The notes below the pieces were generated by a model. That model was not told the origin of the DNA, ran no database searches, and saw only the letters and a list, made by a program, of their open reading frames with translations. Made by a program: the position numbers and the translations under genes. This document shows positions 29,185-39,042 of a stretch of DNA of 64,000 bases, in pieces. The first letter of the stretch is position 1; each line of letters opens with the position of its first letter. Source of the stretch: an uncultured Chloroflexia bacterium (GTDB lineage Bacteria; Chloroflexota; Anaerolineae; JAAYZQ01); assembly GCA_963700285.1 (NCBI GenBank), contig CAVOXA010000001.1, forward strand, positions 1,536,001-1,600,000. Direction: 5' to 3'.

Positions 29185-31509
29185 GTGAAACGAGTGATGG
29201 CCACTTCCGCAGGCCGGACCAGTAGCGCAAGTTGGGCACCGATGCTACTTGTGGTTGGGGCCTTGGTCCTGCTCCCTCTCCTTCTGGCCACGAGCCAGGT
29301 TCTCTGGGTGCGGTGGCTGGCGATCATGGTGCTTGCCTGGTGGCTGCCGGGGGCACTCCTGGTGGCGGTCTGGCGTCTCCCGGAGCTTGATCTGCCGACC
29401 GGCATCATCGTGGCATTCGGGCTCGGTCTGTGCTGGATGATCCTGCTAGGGCTTCTGGTACACTGGCTGCCGGGGCCGGTGGATCTCTGGCTTCTGATTG
29501 CTGCCTATGAGGTGGGTGCGATTGGCCTGCTGGCGGTTTTGCTGTGGCGACGGCCGCAACGGCTGGTGCCAGGAGTGCCAACCACCTGGGTGTGGTTGGT
29601 TGTGCTCCTTGTCCTGGTTTGTTTGCTGCGGATACCAGGGCTGGGCTACCACGACTTGCATATCGACGAGGTAGAGGTGTTGCGTCGCGCCAGGTGGGCC
29701 ATCGAGGGGGTCGACGAGATACTGGCCGTGCACACCAAAGGCCCGGGCGAAATCGCGGTCGCCATGGTTACCTACCGTGCCTTGGGCACGGCCACCGAAG
29801 CTACCGCGCGACTGCCCTTCGCGTTGATGAGCGTCGGTAGTGTGCTGGCCACCGCCCTGCTGGGTCGCCGGCTCTTTTCGGCAGCTACCGGCTTCTGGGG
29901 TGGGGTGCTGCTTGCTTTCAATGGCTTTGCCCTGGGCCTGTCGCGCATCGTTCAGTACCAGCCAGCCGTGCTCTTGCTCTCGGTGTTGGCAGTTCTGTCT
30001 GCCTGGGAATTCGCCCAGCGCAGCGAGGGACGCTGGCTGGCCTTGGCGGCTGTCTTTGGCGCCTGCGGCGTTGTCATGCACTACGAGTTTGCGCTCCTCG
30101 CACCAGTGCTGGCGGTACTGACCTGGGCTGGCTGGAAGCGCGCGCCCGATAGGGGAGCGCTTTTGCGCTTGCCGCTGTGGGCCACGATCTTGGGGGTGGT
30201 CTTCATAGCTGCGGCCTACCTCCCCCCCATCCTGAATCCGCACCTGGCCAAGACACAGAGGCAGCTCGGGGCGCGGATGGGTGGTTTGGGCACATTCAAT
30301 ATCCCGACGCTCGTCGAGCTGGGCACGTTCTACAATTCCAGCTACTTTTTCGGAGGGCTGATCCTTCTGGGGACAGCCGGGATCATCCTCGGCTGGCGTA
30401 GGGCACGACGGCAAACCCTCGTGCTCGTGCTGTGGTTCTTACCATTCTTGATCTTGCTTCTCTTCTTGATGCGCCTGCCTGGTACCCACTTTTACGTGCT
30501 CATGCCAAGCTGGTCGCTGTTGGCAGCACTGCCCCTCGCTGCCATGACAGAGTCAAAGGCGCTGCGGCCTCTTGTGCGCGGGGGTCTGCTTGGCCTGGCC
30601 GTCGTCTGGCTGACCTTGTCAGCTGGCTACCTGTACCTGGCCTTCTTCCGGCAGGCCCCCGAATACATTGTCAACTACGAGGAGGAGCGGCTGTCCGTCT
30701 ACGTGGCGCCATACGGCGAGGACGTGCCACTTGACCCCCGTTTCGGTTTTCCCGTCCAGGAAGGTTGGAAGACGTTGGGCCTGCTGGCCAAGTGGGGGTG
30801 CCTGCAGGGCACCTATAGCAGCAACGAAGCTTCTCGCATCCACCAGCGCTGGTACCTCAAAGACTTGGCCTACGTTGGCCCGGAGCGATCGCCCGACTAT
30901 GTCTTTGTGGCCAAGCATGTGCAAGTCCTCCACCGCAAGTACGACGATAGCTGGCTTCAGGGCTATCGGCAGGTAGGCGAAGTGCGGGTGCGGGATGAGC
31001 CGCGTATCGAGATCTGGGCCAGACAGCCTCTGCCGATGTCCTATGTGACCTATGCGTCGGAGGATTATGCCGGTGTTTTCGACAGCGTACAACCCAGCCT
31101 TGAGGGCCGGCCCGGGATGCCGGTTCAGGTACGCGGGGACAGGTTCGCTGAGGAGCTGACCCTGGAGGCCGCGGGCCTGGCCCAGACGACCTACAGGCGA
31201 GGGGATGTCCTCCACCTGCTGCTGGTGTGGCGCCCCGAGATGCCTCTGACCAGGGACTACAAGTTCTTTGTCCATGTGGCGGATGAAAGCGAGCGCCCCC
31301 TGACGCAGTGGGATGGTTTCCCTTGCTTGAACCTGGGTCGTACCAGTCAGTGGGCGGCTGGTGAATCGATCGCGGACCACGTGGTAATGCCCATCCCCGA
31401 CGATCTGCTGCCGGGCCACTACTCACTGCTGGTGGGCCTGTACGACGAGGCTAGCGGAGAGCGGCTGGGCGGCCAGGCTGTCAAGATCGCGACGATTACG
31501 ATACATTAA
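29185..31509 (+). CDS. GT-C fold (PMT/ArnT, GT39-like) membrane glycosyltransferase
   Basis: Many TM helices, HIDE first-loop motif, ARLPFAL, soluble C-terminal domain (DYKFFVH, PGHYSLLVGLYD). Confidence 0.82.
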   Translation: MKRVMATSAGRTSSASWAPMLLVVGALVLLPLLLATSQVLWVRWLAIMVLAWWLPGALLVAVWRLPELDLPTGIIVAFGLGLCWMILLGLLVHWLPGPVDLWLLIAAYEVGAIGLLAVLLWRRPQRLVPGVPTTWVWLVVLLVLVCLLRIPGLGYHDLHIDEVEVLRRARWAIEGVDEILAVHTKGPGEIAVAMVTYRALGTATEATARLPFALMSVGSVLATALLGRRLFSAATGFWGGVLLAFNGFALGLSRIVQYQPAVLLLSVLAVLSAWEFAQRSEGRWLALAAVFGACGVVMHYEFALLAPVLAVLTWAGWKRAPDRGALLRLPLWATILGVVFIAAAYLPPILNPHLAKTQRQLGARMGGLGTFNIPTLVELGTFYNSSYFFGGLILLGTAGIILGWRRARRQTLVLVLWFLPFLILLLFLMRLPGTHFYVLMPSWSLLAALPLAAMTESKALRPLVRGGLLGLAVVWLTLSAGYLYLAFFRQAPEYIVNYEEERLSVYVAPYGEDVPLDPRFGFPVQEGWKTLGLLAKWGCLQGTYSSNEASRIHQRWYLKDLAYVGPERSPDYVFVAKHVQVLHRKYDDSWLQGYRQVGEVRVRDEPRIEIWARQPLPMSYVTYASEDYAGVFDSVQPSLEGRPGMPVQVRGDRFAEELTLEAAGLAQTTYRRGDVLHLLLVWRPEMPLTRDYKFFVHVADESERPLTQWDGFPCLNLGRTSQWAAGESIADHVVMPIPDDLLPGHYSLLVGLYDEASGERLGGQAVKIATITIH

Positions 31510-31866
31510 GTGACCCCTTCTGGATGCAAGGGTATTCGAAGCAGAAGCGAGGAGCAGACCGGGATGAAGGATTTCGGCAGGCAGTTTGGTCCTGAGAAGG
31601 CAGTTGAGAGGGCTGTGGGGCAAGTTTGCGGCTTGGGGAACTGCTTCTGAAAGGCAGAAAAGGGATGGGCAAGCAGGAGGCAGCACACCGGATTCATGGA
31701 ACACCTCCAATCTGCTTCGAAAGCCCCGCAAGCCCTGTGTTTGCCGCATGCCCCATCTCATGCTACAATAAAGCGATGGCCCGGTCTGCCGTGTTGGTAG
31801 GTTCCATGCGGGCGCCCACCTGACTAGGGGCGGGCCCATCCGACTGTTCTTCCTATGAGGCCATGA

Positions 31867-33450
31867 ATGAAGATAGAGGAGCAAGTAACTGCTTGGCTGG
31901 CCCAACAGGATACCGATATCTATGTGGTCGGTGGCACAGTGCGGGACCGGTTGCTGGGACGCCCAGTCTACGACCTGGACCTTGCCGTGGCCGGTGATGG
32001 TCTGGTACTAGCCCGCCGGCTGGCCGACCGCTTTCGAGGCGCCTACTATCCTCTGGACGAGGTGCGAAAGACGGGGCGTGCGATCATGATCGACGCCAGT
32101 GGTCACCGTCTGGTCGTTGATGTCGCCTGCTTTCGTGGCACGGAGCCTTCGGGCTCGTATTCTCCAGAACAAAGCTTGGCTGCCGATCTGGACGACCGGG
32201 ATTTTACTATCAACGCCTTGGCCGCTGACATTCATACCCCTGATGACATCGTTGACCGCCACGGCGGTCTGGATGATCTGGCTGCTGGCCTCATCCGTCC
32301 GGTGTCCGAGGGGAGTATTCGCAATGATCCCCTGCGCGCCTTACGGGCGGTCCGGCTGGCAGCCGGACTAGGTTTCTCGCTGGCCGCGGAGACCGTGATG
32401 CTCATCCGCCGCGACGGCGCAGAGCTGGGCCAGGTAGCGGCCGAACGCGTCCGCGATGAACTGGCTCGCCTGCTGGTTCTGCCCCGGTCTGCTCGCTATC
32501 TGGCCGAGCTGGAAACCCTCGGTTTGCTCACCGCGATCTTTCCTGAACTGGAACCTATGCGCGGTGTGGCCCAGTCGCCGCCCCATTACCTGGACGTGCT
32601 GGCTCATTCGCTGGAGACCGTTCGAGCGCTAGAGGCGCTACTGGACGCCTTGTTCTGTGAGGCCGGAACTGAGACGAAAGACGAAAGACGATGGACGAAC
32701 GACAGTCCGCGGATGGACGGTCGGCGATGGCTCGAAGACGAGTTCCGGACAAAGACCGATACCCAATCTCCAACAGCCGATTTCCAACTGGCAGATCTGG
32801 CCCCATTCGCCGGCCGACTGCAGGCACACATGAACCAGAGGTTGGGCGAAGGGCGTCCGCGCTTGGTGGCGCTCAAGCTGGCGGCGCTGCTGCATGATGC
32901 GGGCAAGCCAGCAGCGCAAACCGTAGATCAGGACGGGAGGATCCGCTTCATCGGCCATGAGGCAGAGTCGGCCCGCATCACCGGCGAGGCCCTGCAACGC
33001 CTTCGGTTTAACAGGGCCGAGGTACGCCTTGGGGGAGTAATTGTCCGCTACCACCTGAGGCCCTTGTTACTGGCGGAACAGGAAAACGTCTCCTTTCGGG
33101 CGATCTATCGCTTCTTCCGCGATACAGGTGAGGCAGGGCCGGATGTGCTGTTGCATGCCTTGGCTGACCATGCCGCCACCTATTGCCCTGATTCAGCGAC
33201 CGAGTCCTGGCTTCGGCTGGAACCACTGACGGTACGGATGCTATCAGACTACTACGACCGGCCTGAGGAGCGGGTCACGCCGCCACCACTCGTTGACGGC
33301 AATGACCTGATGCGCGAGTTTGAACTCAAGCCCGGCCCCCAGATCGGCGAGATGCTGGAGGCTGTGCGCGAGGCGCAGGTCAGCGGTAAGGTGCACACCC
33401 TCGGGCAAGCCCTAGCGCTGGTCCGTTCCCAACTGGCCGGGCGGCCCTGA
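31867..33450 (+). CDS. Class II tRNA nucleotidyltransferase / poly(A) polymerase family protein with HD domain
   Basis: VGGTVRD, DLDL, RDFTINALA, DPLRALRAVR, ERVRDEL, LLHDAGK, PGPQIG. Confidence 0.92.
   Translation: MKIEEQVTAWLAQQDTDIYVVGGTVRDRLLGRPVYDLDLAVAGDGLVLARRLADRFRGAYYPLDEVRKTGRAIMIDASGHRLVVDVACFRGTEPSGSYSPEQSLAADLDDRDFTINALAADIHTPDDIVDRHGGLDDLAAGLIRPVSEGSIRNDPLRALRAVRLAAGLGFSLAAETVMLIRRDGAELGQVAAERVRDELARLLVLPRSARYLAELETLGLLTAIFPELEPMRGVAQSPPHYLDVLAHSLETVRALEALLDALFCEAGTETKDERRWTNDSPRMDGRRWLEDEFRTKTDTQSPTADFQLADLAPFAGRLQAHMNQRLGEGRPRLVALKLAALLHDAGKPAAQTVDQDGRIRFIGHEAESARITGEALQRLRFNRAEVRLGGVIVRYHLRPLLLAEQENVSFRAIYRFFRDTGEAGPDVLLHALADHAATYCPDSATESWLRLEPLTVRMLSDYYDRPEERVTPPPLVDGNDLMREFELKPGPQIGEMLEAVREAQVSGKVHTLGQALALVRSQLAGRP
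32673..32790 (+). repeat. Two degenerate heptamer tandem arrays inside the CDS
   Basis: GACGAAA GACGAAA GACGATG GACGAAC (32673-32700); CCGATAC CCAATCT CCAACAG CCGATTT CCAACTG (32756-32790). Confidence 0.7.
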
Positions 33451-33488
33451 TCGAGCTGGTTCACAGGCCAGCGCGACCCGTGCCGCCA

Positions 33489-34529
33489 TCATGTCGCTCG
33501 CCCCAACAACGATGCTGCCAGTTCGCATAGATGCGATTGAGCGGCGTTTGTGATCCCGGTTTGCTCCAGGCTCTTGAGGGCCTGGCGATAGAATGTCTCG
33601 GCCATCTCTTCGGAATACTTGCGGCCACCAAGCCCATCCAGGAGTTCCAGGGCGGATTCAATGCTGGATTGATCCAGTGGCCCCTCCTGGGCATATAGCT
33701 GTACCAGCTTTCTGGCCGTTCTGTGGTCAGAGTGGTTGAGGGCATAGACCACCGGCAGGGTCTTTTTCTTGTCCCGGATGTCGGTGGCCGCCGACTTGCC
33801 CGTCACCTGGGGGTCGCCCCAGGCTCCCAGGATGTCGTCCTGGATCTGAAAGGCCATGCCCAGGTTCTCGCCAAAGCGCAAAGTAGCTGTCGATGCAGGC
33901 CGGGTCGTCGGTGGCGACGATGGCTCCCATTTGTGTCGACGCCGCCAGCAGCGCCGCGGTCTTGTGCCGGATCATCCACAGGTACTGATCCAGGTCTACA
34001 TCCAGCTGCTCCTCAAACGTCATGTCAAAGAACTGGCCCTCGCACAGGGCCAGGCAGGCCTGGTCCAGGGCCAGGGAGGCCGCTAGCTGGCGCGCCAGCG
34101 GCACATCCCGTTCGCTCAGGCGGTGCAGGGCCAGCCGGGCCAGCACGAACAGACCGTCGCCGACGTTGATGCCGTGGGCCGCTCCCCAGATGTCCCACAC
34201 GGCGCGCCGGCCACGCCGGAAGTGGCTGCCGTCCTGGATGTCGTCGTGGACCAGGGAAAAGTTGTGGACCAGTTCCAGGGCAGCGGCCGCGGGCAAGCGC
34301 TGTTGTGGATCGCCGCCGGCCGCCTGCGCAGGCCAGCAGGCATAGCATCGGGCGCAGGCGCTTGCCGCTTTTGGCCTGGATCGGGCGCAGACTCCTCGTC
34401 GACCCAGCCCAGATGGTAGCGCATCATGCCATAGTAGGGTGCCAGACTGTGATGGGGAATACGCACAACTTGCTGGAGGTCGTCTTCAATCTGGGGCAAG
34501 AATTGGCCGAATGCCTCGTCCAAGCTCAT
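33489..34529 (-). CDS. Polyprenyl diphosphate (GGPP-type) synthase; several frameshifts
   Basis: Fragments YYGMMRYHLGW, KRLRPMLCLLAC, HNFSLVHDDIQD, GQFFDM, HKTA, FQIQDDILG, KKKTLP. Confidence 0.88.
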
Positions 34530-34612
34530 GATGTTGCTCCTGTCACAGGGTCAGGGACATGCAGGTTTCCGGGAGCACAGGTTGTGCTCGGACCTCTTTG
34601 GTCACAAGAATA

Positions 34613-35639
34613 CTATGCCGTGGCCCTCAGCGCAGGAGTACCTTTGAGGTCCTGTACGGTGGTGATACCACTGCAGAACATGACGATCCGCAGCATGTCG
34701 GCCAGCTCGTCGGCCAGATCGGTGACAGCCTGAGCGGAGATGTTGGCCGCTTTCAGGAACGGCCCGGCCAGCCCGCCCAGGTCGGCGCCCAGGGCCAGGG
34801 ACTTGGCCAGGTCCATGCCGCTGCGCAGGCCGCCGCTGGCAATCAGCGGCATGTCGGGCAGGGCAGCCCGTACTTGGACCAGCGCCTCGGCGGTTGGAAT
34901 GCCCCAGTCGGCGAATTCGGCGCACAGGCGCGCTGACGTTGCTCGGTGGGGGCGCGGTACATCTCTACCTGGCTCCACGAGGTGCCACCGGCTCCGGCCA
35001 CGTCGATGGCGCTCACGCCAGCGTCCACCAGCTGCCGGGCCACGCCTGCCGAGATGCCCCAGCCCACCTCTTTGGCTACGACTGGCACGTCCAGCCCGCG
35101 ACACACGATCTCAATCTTGGCCAGGAGTCCCCGCCAGTCGGTGTCGCCATCGACTTGCAGGGCCTCCTGCAGGGGGTTCAGGTGCAGGATCAGTGCGTCG
35201 GCTTCGACCAGATCTACCGCGCGCTGGCATTCTTCCAGGCCAAACCCGGTGTTGAGGTGGGCCGCGCCCAGGTTGGCCAAGAGGAGGATGTCGGGTGCCA
35301 GGTGGCGGACGCGGAAGGTGTTCAGTCAGGTGCGGCGCTTCGAGGGCTGCCCGCAGCGAGCCCAGGCCCATGGCGATGCCTGCTGCCTGGGCGCCTTCGG
35401 CCAGGTGTAGGTTGATGCGCTGGGCCTCGACGGTGCCGCCCGTCATGGACGAGATCAGCAGGGGCAGCCGCAGTTGCTTCGCCCAGGAAGGACGTGCGCA
35501 GGTCCACGTCATCCAGGGCAATCTCGGGCAGGGCGTTGTGGACAAAGCGGTAGCGCTCCAGGCCAGTGGTGAGTTGGGGAAAGTCCACGTTCTGCTCCAG
35601 GTTGATTGCCAGGTGCTCCGATTTGCGCTGTTCCAGCAT
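34613..35639 (-). CDS. fni: Type 2 isopentenyl-diphosphate isomerase; several frameshifts
   Basis: [53 protein letters not shown]. Confidence 0.92.
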
Positions 35640-35800
35640 CCTGCCCCCGTAACTTTCCATCAAGTGGCGTGTTGTACGAGAATAAGTCTCTGTTCCCAGA
35701 ACTGTGTACAAGGCGCGAGGCACGCTGGAACAGAGGCTGCCGCCCGCGCATCTTACCAGGGGTGCTGCAGAATGTCAAACGGGTTGACGCGTCAAGGGAC

Positions 35801-35829
35801 TTGACACTGCCGACCATCCCTGGTAGAAT
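35801..35829 (+). promoter_or_regulatory. Sigma70-type promoter of acpP
   Basis: TTGACA-17-TAGAAT with extended -10 TG. Confidence 0.7.
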
Positions 35830-35922
35830 GGGCCGATCTTAAAGTGCAACAAGACAAGACCGTAGATTCAAAACGTATGGGATGAGTCCGGCAACAACAT
35901 ATTACCAGGAGGTGCTGTAGAG

Positions 35923-36183
35923 ATGGCTGACATGAGCAAGGAGGAGCTCTTTGATCGAGTCAAGGACATCATCGTCGAGCAATTGGGCGTGGACCCGGAG
36001 AAGGTCACCATGGAAGCGCGTTTCCGCGAGGATCTGGAAGCCGATTCGTTGGACCTGGTCGAGCTGATCATGGAATTTGAGGACGTGTTCGGCGGCGAGA
36101 TCTCGGACGAGGAAGCGCAGCAGATCAAGACGGTGGGTCAGGCCGTTGACTACCTTTACCAGCGCATGGAGGAGGGCGAATAG
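35923..36183 (+). CDS. acpP: Acyl carrier protein
   Basis: [22 protein letters not shown] phosphopantetheine site; SD AGGAGG. Confidence 0.96.
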   Translation: MADMSKEELFDRVKDIIVEQLGVDPEKVTMEARFREDLEADSLDLVELIMEFEDVFGGEISDEEAQQIKTVGQAVDYLYQRMEEGE

Positions 36184-36205
36184 CCAGCGCTATTTGCCAT
36201 GTGAG

Positions 36206-36253
36206 ACAAAGACGCTGGGGACTGGCCGTGGGGCCGGTCTCCAGCGTCTTTGT
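36206..36253 (+). terminator. Long hairpin, probable terminator after acpP
   Basis: ACAAAGACGCTGGGGACTGGCC / GGCCGGTCTCCAGCGTCTTTGT, 22 bp with GU pairs. Confidence 0.65.
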
Positions 36254-36443
36254 GCAAGCGGGGCAATGGTTGTGGTGGATGCCGCGCCAGGTGGTTTCTC
36301 TGATCGGTGAGGGCATCACCAACGCAATGCCTGCAATGCATCTGGCTGCCCAAGTGGTAGCAGAGGCGGATGGGCTGACCATACTGGGGTTGTCCGAGTA
36401 GCAATCACAGACGGGGATGGTCATTGGACGCTGGGCATAACCT

Positions 36444-37054
36444 ATGGAGAACAGTGTCGTCATTCTGGCTGGGGGCAAGAGTTCCAGACTGGGCAGGGAC
36501 AAATCGTTCCTGCTGGTGGATGGGCAGCCCCTGGTAGCCCACGTCGTTCAGAAACTGTCCCTCTTGAGCGATGACCTTGTCGTCGTTACCAACGATCCGG
36601 TGCGCTACGAACCACTGGCCCTGCCCGCGCGCTTGGTGCCTGACGAACGGCGCGGGGAAGGCTCGCTGATGGGCCTCTACTCTGGGTTGAAAGCGGCTCG
36701 TCATGGCCGGGTATTGGCGGTTGCCTGCGACATGCCTTTCCTCAGCGTGCCGCTTCTGCGCTACATGCTGTCCCTGGCTAAGGGACACGACGTGGTCATC
36801 CCCCGTGTTGGTGGCTACCTGGAGCCGCTCCACGCTGTCTACAGCACGAGCTTGTCTACCGGCCATGGCTCGCCTGCTGGCCCAGGGCCGGCGCCAGATC
36901 ATTGCCTTCTTCCACGAGGTACGGGTTCGCTACGTGGAGGAGGATGAGGTCGACCAGTTCGATCCCCACCACCTGTCGTTCATCAACGTGAACACTCCCG
37001 AGGATTGGGAGCGGGTTCAGCAGATTCTGAGAGAACAAGAACGGCCAACCCTAG
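36444..37054 (+). CDS. mobA: Molybdenum cofactor guanylyltransferase; frameshift near 36850, 3' end uncertain
   Basis: ILAGGKSSRLGRDKS, VACDMPF, EPLHAVY, then SFINVNTPEDW in the next frame. Confidence 0.88.
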
Positions 37055-38430
37055 TACTCGTAGCAACTGCCGCCGATGAACTCGCGCAGGGGCGAGGTCG
37101 GCGGGATCGCTTGCTCGTCCTGCTCCTCGATGGGGGCCACGACATCCAGAAGTTCGATGGACGCGCTCGGCGCGGTCGTAGTGCATCCACCCGCAGCGGA
37201 TCGCCCTCGTACTCTTGGGCCCATTGGGCAAAGTTGTCCAGCAGCCTGCGGCGCATGACCGGCAGCTCGTAGGACAGCGCGCCGTTGACGATATAGTCGG
37301 TCGTGTTGGCGTAGGGGATGATGTTGCGCATCTCGCTGCTGCGCACATAGTGCCAGTGCTCCAGCGTGCGCTGGGGATCGTAGGCGCGGAAGCGTGGCGT
37401 CGCGGACCATGCGCCGCATCAGGCGCAGGTCGGTCCAGCGGACCATGCGGCCATCCGGCCCCTTCATCTGCAGCAGGGTCTCGATGTAGAGCTGGAACTT
37501 GCGCTCGTCGTGCTACGTCCTGCGGTCATGGCCGGGTACAGGCCGTGCAGGCTGTCGATGAGGATGATATCGTCCGGCCCGATGCGCATCGGCGTGACGT
37601 CGTCGTGCCGCTTGCCGGTCTTGAAATCGTAGTATGGGATGCGGACCTCTTCGCCAGCGATCAGGCGCACCAGGTGCTCGTTGATCAGCGCCAGGTCGAG
37701 GGCCTGGGGCGTCTCGAAATCATAGTCGCCGAACTCGTCCTTGGGATGCAGCTCCAGGTCAAAGAAATAGTTGTCCACGTTGAGGGTGACCAGGCTCAGG
37801 CCGACTCTGGGCCAGCCGCTCGCCCAGCTTGATCGTCGTCGTCGTCTTGCCCGACGACGATGGACCGGCGATGATGACCAGCCTGAGCTCGTCCCGCCGT
37901 TCGGCGATGAGCTGGGCGGCGGTGTCGATATCCTCCTCGTAGGCCCGATCCGATTCCTGGACAATGTGGGGAAACTCGCCCCTGGCGATGCGGGCGTTGA
38001 GTCGCTCGACGGTGTGCAGATCGTGGTCGACCGACCAGCGCAGCACCTCGTAGATCTTGCGCCAGGGGATGTTGCCCGATTCCCGGTAGCCCCGGGCAGC
38101 CTTTTCCCGGCGCCGCCTGGCGCGCTCCTCGCGGTAGAGGATGTAGGCCTTGGCTACCTTGGCATGGCCGTTTTCGATCAGGACCTTTTCGACCACGTCC
38201 TGGATCTCTTCGACGGTGGGGGATTGGCCGGGCGGTGTCGTCTCTTCCAGGATGGCCACCACCTGCCGGGTCAGGCCTTCGGCGATGGAGCGATCGCGGC
38301 CGCCAACGGCCACCGCCGCCCGGTAGATGGCATTGGTGATGCGCTCCGGCGTAAAGGGCACCACGGCGCCCGTGCGTTTGACGACGTGCGTGAGTTCTGT
38401 GACTCAGTTCTGGACCCTCACTGGCTCCAG
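37051..38430 (-). CDS. ATP-cone plus uridine/nucleoside-kinase-like P-loop protein; several frameshifts
   Basis: VVKRTGAVVPF...VEEIQDVVEKVL...AKAYILYR (ATP cone); IAGPSSSGKTT, DNYF, DFETPQALD, RLMRRMVRD. Confidence 0.82.
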
Positions 38431-38478
38431 CGCTACCTCCTCGCTATCCGCGTACGCTGGGACTTGCAGCGAACACAA

Positions 38479-38508
38479 CAGGGGAGCGGAATCGTTTCCA
38501 CTCCCCTG
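38479..38508 (-). terminator. Terminator after ssrA
   Basis: CAGGGGAG..GGAA / TTCC..CTCCCCTG stem followed by TTGTGTT on the minus strand. Confidence 0.6.
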
Positions 38509-38511
38509 AGC

Positions 38512-38916
38512 TGGTGGAGATGGCGGGAGTCGAACCCGCGTCCAGAAGATTCGAACAGGGACATACTACAAGCTTAGTTGACCTTTTGGTTCTCGCCTTG
38601 ACAGGCCGCCGACCAACAGGCTACTATCCAGGCCAGCCGATGCGGGGCACATAGTACTCCCCGCCTCTGATCCCACTTATCGGCGTCTGTGGGAGTGCAC
38701 CCCCGGTTTGCTGTCGCCCGCCAATCTTCCCCCCGGGAGCGGGAAAGGGCGGACGTGACCGTCTAGCGGTCAAGCTTTCGCCTCACCGACTAGGCGGCAA
38801 GCGCGAGAGCTGGTGTGCGCTGTTTGGCACTTGTGTTTTGCCCGTTTTTCACGCGGTCCAGGCGCCTCGGCTTGCAGTCCCAGCCCAGCCTCCCCTGTCG
38901 AAACCATTTCATCCCC
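38512..38916 (-). ncRNA. ssrA: tmRNA, encoded tag AKQRTPALALAA
   Basis: 5' GGGGAUGAAAUGGUUUCGAC; 3' GACGCGGGUUCGACUCCCGCCAUCUCCACCA; G3-U acceptor pair; internal ORF ending ALALAA-stop. Confidence 0.97.
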
Positions 38917-38934
38917 AGGCTGGTTAGTCGGAAC

Positions 38935-38962
38935 ATTATACCACACCCGGACAGATTGGCAA
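38935..38962 (-). promoter_or_regulatory. ssrA promoter
   Basis: TTGCCA-16-TATAAT with extended -10 TG. Confidence 0.65.
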
Positions 38963-39042
38963 AATTTGGCGGATCCTCTGACCGGCGATACTTGCACGGC
39001 AGGGCGCTTTGCACCCGTCGCGAAACTTGAAGGGGGCCTGCG

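Noticed and set aside
36703-37272. About 220-bp convergent overlap of mobA with the kinase gene
   Set aside because: The extension after the MobA C-terminal motif is not protein-like; probably a stop lost to an indel
38404-38406. In-frame TGA near the start of the ATP-cone gene as a possible Sec codon
   Set aside because: It lies in a non-conserved N-terminal stretch of an indel-rich region, with no Cys-type motif
38400-38560. Genomic island integrated at the ssrA 3' end
   Set aside because: No integrase and no duplicated tmRNA 3' end seen in the window
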